NCBI GenBank assembly: GCA_026647365.1
Contig: JAPKGW010000015.1
Span: 4,177-68,176 of the forward strand
Direction: 5' to 3'
DNA length: 64,000 bases
Origin: Phycisphaerales bacterium
Lineage (GTDB): Bacteria > Planctomycetota > Phycisphaerae > Phycisphaerales > UBA5793
Positions 1-9,055 of this stretch are shown piece by piece (position 1 is the stretch's first letter; each line of letters starts with the position of its first letter). Both the position numbers and the translations under genes were made by a program. The notes under the pieces were generated by a model, which had not been told where the DNA came from, made no database searches, and worked only from the letters and a program-made list of their open reading frames with translations.

Positions 1-260
1 GGGTATGAATTGTTTGAAGGAAAGTACGCGTAGAAGCTGGGCGACTGCCAATGAGTGATGCCGGGCATGATGCGGGTCTCAAAGTCGCGCCACATCGCCT
101 CCCACGATTCGCCCTTCTGAGGCAGGGGCGCCTCGACGCTGCGGCGAACTTCGCCGGGAAGGGCGCGCGACAGCACCGGGTACTTCTCGCACTCCTCCAG
201 ATACTCTGCGATCCAATCGATAAGATCGTGTCCGGCATGGCGGAACTCTTCGGCCGTCAT
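1..260 (-). CDS. PLP-dependent group II (aromatic-L-amino-acid/DDC-like) decarboxylase, N-terminal part; gene continues beyond left edge
   Basis: Not in the ORF track because there is no stop in the window. Manual reverse translation from ATG 260-258 gives MTAEEFRHAGHDLIDWIAEYLEECEKYPVLSRALPGEVRRSVEAPLPQKGESWEAMWRDFETRIMPGITHWQSPSFYAYFPSNNSYP. The block 'PGITHWQSP.F.AYFP' is the hallmark N-terminal motif of DDC-type decarboxylases. Confidence 0.75.
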   Translation of the reverse strand, partial: MTAEEFRHAGHDLIDWIAEYLEECEKYPVLSRALPGEVRRSVEAPLPQKGESWEAMWRDFETRIMPGITHWQSPSFYAYFPSNNSY

Positions 261-406
261 GCCCAGCCGCGCCGGCCCGCTCCGAGGTGTTTCCCGCATG
301 TCCGGATTGTTGGATGGTATTTCGCGGGGGGCGCGTGAGGCCGACTCTTCCCCGGTACCAGAGTGCGGCGGCGTTGGCGCCCGGTTTCCCCAATAATGCA
401 TCGCCC

Positions 407-1114
407 ATGATCCTCACAAACGCGAGCGCTCGAACACGAAGCCTTATTGCCCTGGCCCTGCTTGCGCCGGCACCGACACTTGGGGTGCTCATGGCGATGC
501 ACTTCCTGCCGGGCCCCGCCGGGCAGGCGATCTACGGCCTCTCCAAGGCGTGGATTCTCCTGCTGCCCCTGCTCTGGCTGCTGCTTGTTTATCGCGGTCC
601 GATCCATGTCACCTCACCGCTACAGGCGCGCGGCCTGCCGCTGGGCCTCGCGTCGGGACTGCTCATCAGCGCTGTCATCGTCGGAGCGTACATGACGCTC
701 GGGGAGGCGTGGATCGATTCCGAGGCTCTGCGCGCCGTGGCTGAGCGCAACGGCCTGACGGTGGAGTCGAAGTACATCGCCCTTGCAGCCTACCTCTGCT
801 TCGTCAATTCACTTCTGGAGGAGTACGTCTGGCGGTGGTTCGTCTTTCATCACTGCGCTGTGCTTGTCTCGAAGCGGCCGGCGGTGCTCCTGTCGGGCCT
901 GCTCTTCACCGTGCATCACGTGTTCGCACTGGGACTCCAGTTCGACTGGCGCCTGACGCTGCTCGGCTCGATGGGCGTATGCATCGGCGGAGTCGTGTGG
1001 TCGTGGCTGTATCTGAAATACGAATCCGTCTGGCCGGGGTGGGTCAGCCACCTGCTGGTGGACGTGGCGATCTTCGCCGTGGGATGGCGCGTGATTTTCG
1101 TCGAGAGCCTGTGA
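407..1114 (+). CDS. CPBP family intramembrane glutamic endopeptidase (CAAX protease/Abi type)
   Basis: ORF 287-1114 is multi-TM. It carries 'LLEEYVWRWF' (EExxxR), 'FTVHHVF' (FxxxH) and 'SHLLVD' (HxxxD/N). ATG 407 (MILTNASARTRS...) is preferred because the upstream 40 codons are Arg/Pro-rich. Confidence 0.8.
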   Translation: MILTNASARTRSLIALALLAPAPTLGVLMAMHFLPGPAGQAIYGLSKAWILLLPLLWLLLVYRGPIHVTSPLQARGLPLGLASGLLISAVIVGAYMTLGEAWIDSEALRAVAERNGLTVESKYIALAAYLCFVNSLLEEYVWRWFVFHHCAVLVSKRPAVLLSGLLFTVHHVFALGLQFDWRLTLLGSMGVCIGGVVWSWLYLKYESVWPGWVSHLLVDVAIFAVGWRVIFVESL

Positions 1115-1438
1115 CGTGCATGTGTACCCCGGTAAAGCGACGCTTCGAGAGCACGGGCCACGCCGGTGCGCTATGCAGGACGTGCGAATCCGAACGTTGT
1201 TTCACTCGACGACGTATTCACTTGGCCGCAGTGCCTCCCTCGGGGCAACGGCACTTAACGGTTTTCACACAGGTTCTTCGAGAGAGATCAGAGTCCAGGC
1301 GCTCATCACAGTGGCTCACAGGCAGAAAGTCAGACCGACTGGGCAGCCGGAGTCCGATTGAAAGCCCGCCGGCACGGAGATCCGGATGGAATTCTGCATG
1401 TCCGTGACTGCGGCCACCTCTCCTGCAAGGATTCCGGC

Positions 1439-1996
1439 ATGAAGGCGAAACCCGATCGCAAGCCGGTGAAGTGGCGTCTGAAGGCTGGGGCGACGTGGCA
1501 CGATAAGCTGCACAGGGAGCATCCGAGCCATGGGCGTGTGGTCGAGTTGCCGCCGGCGCAGCAGAAGGCCGAAGCGAAGACGCTGCTCATTCCGCGCCCG
1601 CTCGACATCAATGCGCTGGTGAAACGGGTGCCCAAGGGCCGGCTCGTCACCGTGACGCAGATTCGCGAGGCGCTGGCGAAGCGAGCCGGGGCAGACAACG
1701 CGTGCCCGCTGACCACCGGCATCTTCCTTCGCATCGTCGCCGAGACAGCGGAGGAACAGCGGCGCGAGGGACGCAAGCGGCTGACGCCGTGGTGGCGGGT
1801 GATCGACGGCTCAGGCGCGCTGCGCGAGCGCTTTCCCGAGGGCGTCAAGGCGCAGGCGGTGCACCTTCGGGCGGAGGGGCATGCAATCTCGCGTGGCCGA
1901 CGCAAGCAGACTCACCTCGTCGAGGATTTCCAGGATTCGCTCGTTCGGATAAGCGTGGATCATGGGCGCTCAGAAGTCGCGCGGAGACTAGGATGA
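1439..1996 (+). CDS. MGMT-family DNA-binding protein, alkyltransferase-like (ATL): catalytic Cys replaced by Trp
   Basis: ORF 1358-1996, internal ATG 1439 preceded by AAGGA. It has an MGMT-type HTH ('VTQIREALAKRAG...CPLTTGIFLRIV') followed by 'TPWWRVI' where true alkyltransferases have 'PCHRV'. Confidence 0.7.
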   Translation: MKAKPDRKPVKWRLKAGATWHDKLHREHPSHGRVVELPPAQQKAEAKTLLIPRPLDINALVKRVPKGRLVTVTQIREALAKRAGADNACPLTTGIFLRIVAETAEEQRREGRKRLTPWWRVIDGSGALRERFPEGVKAQAVHLRAEGHAISRGRRKQTHLVEDFQDSLVRISVDHGRSEVARRLG

Positions 1997-2036
1997 TGGC
2001 GCTTCCATTCGCCATCGTTGCCGGCAGGGGGAGAAC

Positions 2037-3014
2037 ATGTCGCAGTACACGTTCATCAGGAAATTTCTCATCGCGTCCGCAGCCGTCGCCATCGTCGCTA
2101 CGGGAGAGGTGAGCGGCGATGTCAATCTCGGTCACGTGGTGACCTTCGGCGACAGCCTGACAGACAACCAGACCATCCTGCCGCGCTACACGGGCCTTCC
2201 GGCGACGCTCTACGGCCACGACCCGATGCAACTGGTGTTCGACAAGAACCACCGGCCGGGCAACGAGTTGTCCGACTATGCAGTGGCGGGCTTCACGTCG
2301 TCGCAGGTCGGCCTGCAGATTGACCTCTACCAGTTCAACACGTTCTTCGGATTCGAGCAGCACGCGACGCTGTTCCAACTGGAGATGGGCGGCAACGACC
2401 TGCTGAATAACGACTCGCTGCTCTACAACAACGCCCCCGGAACGAACGGCTCGGCAGACCGCGTCATCACGGACCTGATCCGCAACTGGCGCCTCTCCGC
2501 GCAAGACCTGGCGAGCACGGCGCGGCGGGATGCGCGGGCCGTCGTGTGGACCATTCCGGACATCACTCTCACGCCGCGCTACTGGCAGGCGCTGACGCCG
2601 ACGCAGGAGGCGAACCTGCGCGCCCACACGCAGCGGGCCAACCGCTTTATCCGGGCGCTGGGGCGGTTCGACAACGTCGCGGTGCTCGACGTATGGGCGA
2701 TTCTGCGGGAGTTGGCGGCGAATCCGCCGCGCCTGGGCGAGGTGCAGTTGCTCGGCCCGCCGCATCATGGCGAGACGACGCACCTCTTCGCCGACGAGAT
2801 TCACCCGACGGCGGTAAGCAACGCTCTCATCGCCAACGAGATCATTGCGTTGATGAATCAGAAGTGGGATGCAGGCTTCGAGTTCTACTCCGAAGCGGAA
2901 CTGATTGATTTTGCGATCAACGGCGGGTGGCGCATTCCTTCGCCGGGCGGGGCCGCGGTGATCTTGATCGGCGCCTGCATCGTCGTTCCAGCGCGGCGGC
3001 GACGGGCGGCATGA
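2037..3014 (+). CDS. SGNH/GDSL hydrolase with PEP-CTERM-like C-terminal sorting tail
   Basis: Block I 'VVTFGDSLTDN', block III 'EMGGNDLL', block V 'ADEIHPT' (DxxH). N-terminal signal-like segment. The C-terminus 'IPSPGGAAVILIGACIVVPARRRRAA' reads as Pro motif + TM + Arg cluster. Confidence 0.85.
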   Translation: MSQYTFIRKFLIASAAVAIVATGEVSGDVNLGHVVTFGDSLTDNQTILPRYTGLPATLYGHDPMQLVFDKNHRPGNELSDYAVAGFTSSQVGLQIDLYQFNTFFGFEQHATLFQLEMGGNDLLNNDSLLYNNAPGTNGSADRVITDLIRNWRLSAQDLASTARRDARAVVWTIPDITLTPRYWQALTPTQEANLRAHTQRANRFIRALGRFDNVAVLDVWAILRELAANPPRLGEVQLLGPPHHGETTHLFADEIHPTAVSNALIANEIIALMNQKWDAGFEFYSEAELIDFAINGGWRIPSPGGAAVILIGACIVVPARRRRAA

Positions 3015-3709
3015 TCCCGCCGGACTTCACGTCGCGCCTCGCGGCCATCGGTGTTGAGATCGAACCCGGCGAGGCCGCACGCCTCGACGCTTATCTCAGC
3101 CACCTGCTCGAGACAAACAGGAAGTTCAATCTCACGGCGGTGCGCGATGAGGCGCAGGCGTGGGAGAGGCACATCCTTGACAGCCTGACGCTGGTCGGGC
3201 CCGTTGAGGGCGCCGCGGCACGGGAAGTGGCCGACGTGGGCAGCGGCGGCGGGCTGCCGGGCATTCCACTGGCCATCTGTTTACCTGAGGTCCGGTTTAC
3301 GCTCATCGAGGCGACGGGCAAGAAAGCGGCGTTTCTGCGCGAGTGCATCCAGCGTCACGGTCTGGCCAACGTCGAGGTCGTTCAGGAGCGGGCGGAAACG
3401 GCGGGCCAGGACCACCGGCGATTCCGGGAGCGATTCGACGTGGTGATGGCGCGCGCGGTCGGGCCGCTGCGCGTGCTGGCTGAGTTGACAGTGCCGCTGG
3501 CGAAGGTTGGCGGCTTCGTCTTCGCGGTCAAGGGTGAAAGGGCGGAAGGTGAACTGGCGGAAGCGAGGGCGGCTCTGCACGCACTGCACGCGGCGCATGC
3601 ACGGACGATCGCGACGCCGACGGGTCGCATTGTCGTCCTAGAAAAGTTGCGCAAGACGCCGCGGATGTATCCGAGGGCGCCGGGTGAGCCGAAGCGCCGG
3701 CCTCTTTGA
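3011..3709 (+). CDS. rsmG: 16S rRNA (guanine527-N7)-methyltransferase RsmG/GidB
   Basis: 'FNLTAVRDEAQAWERHILDSL', SAM motif 'DVGSGGGLPGIPLAI', 'LIEATGKKAAFL'. ATG 3011 overlaps the upstream stop (ATGA). Confidence 0.85.
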   Translation: MIPPDFTSRLAAIGVEIEPGEAARLDAYLSHLLETNRKFNLTAVRDEAQAWERHILDSLTLVGPVEGAAAREVADVGSGGGLPGIPLAICLPEVRFTLIEATGKKAAFLRECIQRHGLANVEVVQERAETAGQDHRRFRERFDVVMARAVGPLRVLAELTVPLAKVGGFVFAVKGERAEGELAEARAALHALHAAHARTIATPTGRIVVLEKLRKTPRMYPRAPGEPKRRPL

Positions 3710-3768
3710 GGCGAAGGCGAAAGCGGAGATCGGGCGCTCGAGGAAGGCCGGTGCGTCAGTGAGGACGA

Positions 3769-4347
3769 CTAATACACCAGCGCGAGAACTTCTTCGATCA
3801 CGGCGATGGCCTGGCGGAGGTTGAATGGCTTCTTAAGGAAGCTGTCAAAGCCCGACATGCGGAGTTGATGCGTCTGGCCGTCGGTGAGTTTGGAACTCAT
3901 GCCGATGATCTTGGTCATCTGGAGGTCGTCCTGCGAGCGAACCATTTTTGCGAGGCCGCGGCCGTCGATGCGTTCGAGGTCGATGTCGGTGAGGAGAACG
4001 TTGGGGCGGAAGCGTTCGCACTCGATGCCCGCGCCGAAACTAGTGATGGCGGAACGGACCTCGTAGTTGCCGTGCTCGGTGAGGAGTTTCTGGAGGGTGT
4101 CGACGATCTCCTGCTCGCCGTCGACGACGAGGATGCGCGTCTGGCCGCTGACGAGTCCGTCGAGAGGGATGCCGTGCTGCTTCATGAAGCGGATGAGGCC
4201 GTTGAGGGGGATGCGCCGGTCCTTGGAGCCGGGAATCCGATAACCCCGCAACTGACCTGAGTCAAACCATTTCGAGACTGTTCGCGGGGCGACGTTGCAG
4301 ATCTTGGCGACTTCCCCGGTCGTCAGCACATCTTTCTCGCGCGGCAT
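3769..4347 (-). CDS. Response regulator with N-terminal excisionase/MerR-type HTH and C-terminal receiver domain
   Basis: 'LTTGEVAKICNVAPRTVSKWFDSGQLRGYRIPGSKDRRI' (HTH_17-like), then REC ('RILVVDGE', 'VLLTDIDL', 'IIGMSS', 'LKKPF'). Start set at ATG 4347 (MPREKDV...). Confidence 0.75.
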   Translation of the reverse strand: MPREKDVLTTGEVAKICNVAPRTVSKWFDSGQLRGYRIPGSKDRRIPLNGLIRFMKQHGIPLDGLVSGQTRILVVDGEQEIVDTLQKLLTEHGNYEVRSAITSFGAGIECERFRPNVLLTDIDLERIDGRGLAKMVRSQDDLQMTKIIGMSSKLTDGQTHQLRMSGFDSFLKKPFNLRQAIAVIEEVLALVY

Positions 4348-4479
4348 AGTTCTGTCCCTCGATGAAACCGTCGCAACCCGTGAAACCCCCCGGGCATGAA
4401 CAACAGGCAACATCGGAACAAACGGCAGTCGGGTTGAGGGTTGAAAGCCCCGGCAACGCAGAGTTGAGGGCAACGGCGG

Positions 4480-5514
4480 CTATCGGGCCATCGCCGATTC
4501 GCGCTCGCTCGCTTCCACGACTCGTTCGAGTTCGTTGTCGGTCATCCAGGGCAGGTCGGCGAGGCGGCGGCGAAGGGAGTCGGGAAAGGGGCGGCCGGCC
4601 CGCTCATGAGGCGGACGCGACTTCCAGCGCCGATGCATCCAGAAATACTGCTCCGGGGCGGAGCGGACCATCTGTTCGATCGAGCGTGTGTACCGGGCGG
4701 TGATGAAGTAGAGAGGATCGGGCTGGTCCTGCCAGTCGGCCGGCTCGATCACGTCGGAGAGATCAATCTCGTAGCGAAAGCAGTCGGGCCGCAGACGCCG
4801 CGCCATGCCGCAGAGGATCGGCGTGCGGTAACGCATGGCGAGCAGTCCGATGGACTTGTAGGCGGACGCAAGGCGGCCGAAGAAGGGAACGAACAGGCCG
4901 CGGTCGCCGGCGTTCTGGTCGGCAATGAAGGCAACGCGGCGCCCCTGCTCGATGAGTGAAGCGGCGTGTTCAGTCGCGCCGAACTTCGTGAGAATCGTCA
5001 TGCCGCGCTTCTGGCGCACGTCGAGGAGCCAGTCATTGATGCGCGGCAGGTCGAGGGGGCGCGCCAGGGCGGTCACGGGATACCCCACCGTGGCAAGCGT
5101 GAATCCGAGCAACTCAAAATTGCCGCAATGGCCCGAGAGGAGAATGACCGGCGCTTTGCCCGTAAGGTGCTCCATTGCGTCGCGCACCTCGCCGAATCGC
5201 ACGTAGTTCGGCCACGTGGAGGGCGTAATCAATCGGGGCGTGAAGATCACCTCGGCCGAGAAGGTCTGGAAGAGGTGGCGCATGGAGCCGCGTGCAAGGC
5301 CCTCGAGTCGATCCGCATCGAGTTGCGGCCAACTCTGCCGCAGATGATCGAGGCAGCGCTCGCGCCTGCGTCGATCGAAGCGGTACCACAGGTCGCCGAC
5401 TGATCCGACGACAGCCATGACCTCATCGACCGTGAAGCACTGCATCGCGGTGCCCAGCATGCGCAGGGCCAGGTAGGCGGCCTGGTTGACGAGAAAGGAT
5501 TCGTTGCGGGCCAC
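4480..5514 (-). CDS. Lipid A biosynthesis (LpxL/HtrB-type) lysophospholipid acyltransferase
   Basis: Acyltransferase H(x)4(D/E) box 'LLSGHCGNFELLG'. Size and layout are typical of Kdo2-lipid IVA late acyltransferases. Confidence 0.7.
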   Translation of the reverse strand: MARNESFLVNQAAYLALRMLGTAMQCFTVDEVMAVVGSVGDLWYRFDRRRRERCLDHLRQSWPQLDADRLEGLARGSMRHLFQTFSAEVIFTPRLITPSTWPNYVRFGEVRDAMEHLTGKAPVILLSGHCGNFELLGFTLATVGYPVTALARPLDLPRINDWLLDVRQKRGMTILTKFGATEHAASLIEQGRRVAFIADQNAGDRGLFVPFFGRLASAYKSIGLLAMRYRTPILCGMARRLRPDCFRYEIDLSDVIEPADWQDQPDPLYFITARYTRSIEQMVRSAPEQYFWMHRRWKSRPPHERAGRPFPDSLRRRLADLPWMTDNELERVVEASERESAMAR

Positions 5515-5613
5515 GGCTTTGTGTCGAAGATCGACCGGCGTTGCCGGCTGACTCCATGAAAAGCCCCGTGCGCGGGCACGGGGCGGGCGATGCGGAAGGA
5601 CCGTCTGCGGCGC

Positions 5614-6975
5614 TCAGTTGCCGTAGTAGCCGATCAACGTGAGCAGCCGGTTCTGGTTGAGAACGGGGATGGAGAGGCGCTCGGCCCGCGAGAGGTAGTT
5701 CTGGTAATCGTCATAGAACTGCCGCTCCTGGCGGTAGCGCTGAATCTCGGGCGGGGTGGCATCGTTGCGCGGCGGGCGAGGCAGAGCGGGCTCGACGCCG
5801 AGGACGACGTAGTCGAGATCGCCGGCAAACTCGGTGCGGATCACGCCGCCCCATTCGCGTATGCGGTTGCTCACGATTTCGGTCTCGCGGTCGCTCGGAC
5901 CGTCTTCCCCGTCGAGGTCGAACCGGCCGAAGAGGAAGAAGGCGTGCTGTTTGCGCTTGTCGTAGACAGGATTGATGATGAGGTCGCCCTCGACGACGGC
6001 GCGGCCCGGCGTGGAGCGGATGATGCGCGCGGTCGAAGTCGTGTCGCCGATGCGGGTCACCTCGATGGTGGCCTTGCCGGGTGGGACGCGACCCTCGGCG
6101 TCGGGCCTCATCTCCGAAAGCGATCCGTAGACGTTGAAGGTGATGCCCAGCACGAGGTGGTCCTTGCGACCGAGGTCGATGAACACCTCGTCGTTGCCGG
6201 CGAGGCGCACGATCGCGCCGTCCACGTCGTCGCGGTTGCTCACGGTGGTCTCGCGGACGCGGCTCTGAAGCGAACTGACGGTGTCGGAAAGTTCAACGAT
6301 GGTGACGTCGCGTCGTTCGATCTGCTCGTTGAGACCGGCGATCTGCTGCTCGAACTGGCTGCGGACGTCGCGTACGCGCTGCTGCATGTCGCGTTCGGAG
6401 GCCTCGATCTGCGCCTGGTAGCGGTCGGCCCGCTCCTTGAGCCGCTGGATTTCTGCGTTGAGCGTGGCGAAGGCGAGTTGCTGCTCTTTCTGCTGGGATT
6501 CGCGCCGGGCGACTTCTTCACCGACGCGGGTGAGTGCGGTCGCAAGTTCGCGCTCGAGGGCGGCAATGCGGTCGTCGCGGTCGCTCACCTGCGTGCGGAG
6601 GGTGGTGACGAGGCCGGTGAGGGATTCGCCCTCGCGCAGGCCGAGTTGCTGAAGTTGCGTGCTGAGGCGCGCGGGAGAGAGATTCTGGTTGCCGGCCACG
6701 TCGCGCATCATGGTCTGAATCTGCTCGCGGAGATACATGACGACGCTGCGGTTGGCGGCGAGGGCCTCGGACTTGAGGCGGTTGATGTCGTCGCGATTGC
6801 GTTCGTCGCCGCGGATGAACTCGCGTGCCGCACTTTCGGCTGCCTGGCGCGCCTGGGCCTCCTTGTCGGCCTTCGTATAGAAGAGCATGAGCAGGAGCAG
6901 CAGGGTGATGGTGAGCATGATGAAGATGACCAGGGCCACCAGCACGCCCATTCCGCTGTTCGATCGTGACGCCAT
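5614..6975 (-). CDS. Hypothetical N-terminally membrane-anchored coiled-coil protein with BRCT-like C-terminal module
   Basis: The N-terminal TM segment is 'GVLVALVIFIMLTITLLLLLMLFY'. About 200 aa of heptad-like Q/E/R-rich sequence follows. The C-terminus is 'FFLFGRFDL...REWGGVIRTEFAGDLDYVVLGVEP'. GC3 is strongly high, and the opposite-strand ORF 5590-6969 looks like a shadow. Confidence 0.65.
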   Translation of the reverse strand: MASRSNSGMGVLVALVIFIMLTITLLLLLMLFYTKADKEAQARQAAESAAREFIRGDERNRDDINRLKSEALAANRSVVMYLREQIQTMMRDVAGNQNLSPARLSTQLQQLGLREGESLTGLVTTLRTQVSDRDDRIAALERELATALTRVGEEVARRESQQKEQQLAFATLNAEIQRLKERADRYQAQIEASERDMQQRVRDVRSQFEQQIAGLNEQIERRDVTIVELSDTVSSLQSRVRETTVSNRDDVDGAIVRLAGNDEVFIDLGRKDHLVLGITFNVYGSLSEMRPDAEGRVPPGKATIEVTRIGDTTSTARIIRSTPGRAVVEGDLIINPVYDKRKQHAFFLFGRFDLDGEDGPSDRETEIVSNRIREWGGVIRTEFAGDLDYVVLGVEPALPRPPRNDATPPEIQRYRQERQFYDDYQNYLSRAERLSIPVLNQNRLLTLIGYYGN

Positions 6976-7312
6976 GATTGAAACCTCCTGAGGTCCGAAC
7001 CGGCAATCGGCTCGGCCTGAGTCAACGGCTCCGGTGCCGCCGGGCTTGCCAGAATCCCGCGCGGCGCATCCCCCACGGACCTCCAGGAGGCCCGCATGGG
7101 TCCAACACTGTCGCGCCCTCAGGCCGCGTCGTCAAGTGTCTGCAGGTGGGGATTTTGCATCCAACGAACCGCTGGGGGCGTTCTTTGAAGGGCATACCCC
7201 CGCGAGCGCACTCGTAGGCATCCTACGCCTCTCTCCCGAAAACGGGGTTGAGCACCTGCATGCGGGGCGAGGATTTCCCAGAGAATTCGCGGCCGGCTCG
7301 CTCCGGAGCCGC

Positions 7313-8893
7313 TCAGAGTCTCACCGCACTCACGCCGAGCAAGGCGTGCTGGAGCAGGCTTGCCAGCCCGAGGAAGGTGAGGAAACTCACCGAATCAGTT
7401 ACCATGGTCAGGAAGATCGTCGAACCCGTCGCGGGGTCGTACTCCCAGTAGTCCAGGAGCAGAGGCATCGCCGAACCGACCAGGCATCCCGCCCCCACCG
7501 AAACCGTCATGGCCACGGCGATGATCACGCCCAGCGTCCATGGCACCTGCTGGAGACCCGCGAGCGAGACCCCGGCGACCACTGCGCCGACCACCGTCCC
7601 GACGAGCAGCCCGTTCAGCACGCCGACGGTCACTTCGCGCCGGACCAGCGGCCAGGAGCGCCGACCTCGCACTTCGCCGAGCACTAGCCCGCGCAGGGTG
7701 ACAGCAAGGCTCTGCTGCCCGGCGTTGCCGGCCTGATTGGCGATCACCGGCATCATGACCGCGAGAATGGCAAGGTGGGCGATGAGATAGTCAAACTGGA
7801 GTACAACAACCGCGGCCACCATGGACGTGAAGACGTTGATGACCAGCCAGGGGAAGCGCCCGCGGAACTTGCGCCAAACGCTGCTGTAGACCGCCTCGCC
7901 GACACCGGCGCCGACCATCTTGTACGCATCTTCGGTGTGTTCGGCCCGGATGATGTCCAGGACGTCGTCCACCGTCACCACGCCAAGCAGCCGGCGCGAC
8001 AAGTCGACGACCGGCATTTCCGTGTAGTCGTATCGCTCGAAGGCGGCGGCAATATCCTCGCGATCGGTTTCGGGCCTCAGGTAGTCGATCTCTTCGTCGA
8101 TCAGGCCGCGAACGGGGTCTTCGGCGGACGCGGTCAGGAGAGCCTTGGGCGAGATCGTGCCGACGAGATGCCGCCGCGCGTCCACGCAATAGACCTGGTT
8201 GAACTCGATGTCATGCTGGCGGCGGAGGGAGTCGATCGCTTCAGACACGTTGGCGTCCTGGTCCACGCAGACGAACTCGGTCTTCATCATGCCGCCCGCC
8301 GTCTCGGGATCGAATCGCATCAACTGCTTGAGTTGGACGGCGCGGCGAGGCTCGATGTCGTCGAGAATCGGCTCTCGCTCCTCTTCAGGCAGAGCCTGGA
8401 GGATGTCCACCGCATCGTCGGCCTCCATGCGGTCGAGGTAGCGTGCGACGGTGGCGGGGCCATAGTCGGTAAAGACCTGCCGGAGGATTTCGGCGGCCCA
8501 GTGCGTCTCCATCGCGGCGAGGTCCGCGGCCGCGTCATCCTCGGGAAGGCGGACAACGACGTTGGCGGCTGCGTCGGAGGCGATCTCCTCGAGGGCATCG
8601 GCGGCGTCTGCCGGCTCGAGGGCGGTCAGCGCCGGCGCCAGCACGTCGAGGCTCACTTCCTCCGGCTCGGCGAGGAGTCGGGCGACCTCCTGGTCGCGCG
8701 TCGAGTCCGCCGTAACGTCTTCGAGAACTGGGCGGGCCGCATTGTCGGATGTGGACGGCGATGCGACATCATGGGCCGACGACGCCGCGTCGGAAAGGGG
8801 CGGCGCAGGGCTGTCGGAGCAACGCGGCGGCGTCCCCGCCTCGTCGCCGTGCGCCTTATGGACGGGATGGACCTTGTCCTGCTCCGGCGGCAT
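7313..8893 (-). CDS. mgtE: Magnesium transporter MgtE
   Basis: MgtE N-domain ('DAVDILQALPEEEREPILDDI'), CBS pair and C-terminal 5-TM MgtE domain. It has a long acidic low-complexity N-terminus. The start is uncertain (8893 or 8992). Confidence 0.85.
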   Translation of the reverse strand: MPPEQDKVHPVHKAHGDEAGTPPRCSDSPAPPLSDAASSAHDVASPSTSDNAARPVLEDVTADSTRDQEVARLLAEPEEVSLDVLAPALTALEPADAADALEEIASDAAANVVVRLPEDDAAADLAAMETHWAAEILRQVFTDYGPATVARYLDRMEADDAVDILQALPEEEREPILDDIEPRRAVQLKQLMRFDPETAGGMMKTEFVCVDQDANVSEAIDSLRRQHDIEFNQVYCVDARRHLVGTISPKALLTASAEDPVRGLIDEEIDYLRPETDREDIAAAFERYDYTEMPVVDLSRRLLGVVTVDDVLDIIRAEHTEDAYKMVGAGVGEAVYSSVWRKFRGRFPWLVINVFTSMVAAVVVLQFDYLIAHLAILAVMMPVIANQAGNAGQQSLAVTLRGLVLGEVRGRRSWPLVRREVTVGVLNGLLVGTVVGAVVAGVSLAGLQQVPWTLGVIIAVAMTVSVGAGCLVGSAMPLLLDYWEYDPATGSTIFLTMVTDSVSFLTFLGLASLLQHALLGVSAVRL

Positions 8894-9055
8894 GGTGAAG
8901 AGTGTAGGTCGATGAGTGCGGCGGGCTGAGTGCGAGCATGCGCGCGATGCGCTGTGGTCTGGCGTAGGCCACCCGCCGCACCTCATCAACATGCCGGCGC
9001 CTGACGATGCCCAGCCGGGCTGTACTCATCACGGCCGGCCTACCGTTGCGAGGCC

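Noticed and set aside
5590-6969. 459-aa + strand ORF
   Set aside because: It is exactly antisense to the 453-aa minus-strand gene. Its composition (Ala/Gly/Asp/Val/Arg-rich with no Asn, Tyr or Lys diversity) is typical of a high-GC shadow ORF. The minus frame has the high GC3 and a credible TM plus coiled-coil architecture.
8894-9055. M-box (Mg2+) riboswitch upstream of mgtE
   Set aside because: I could not recognise the conserved M-box helices or loops in this 160-nt leader by eye. A covariance-model scan (Rfam RF00380) would be needed to decide.
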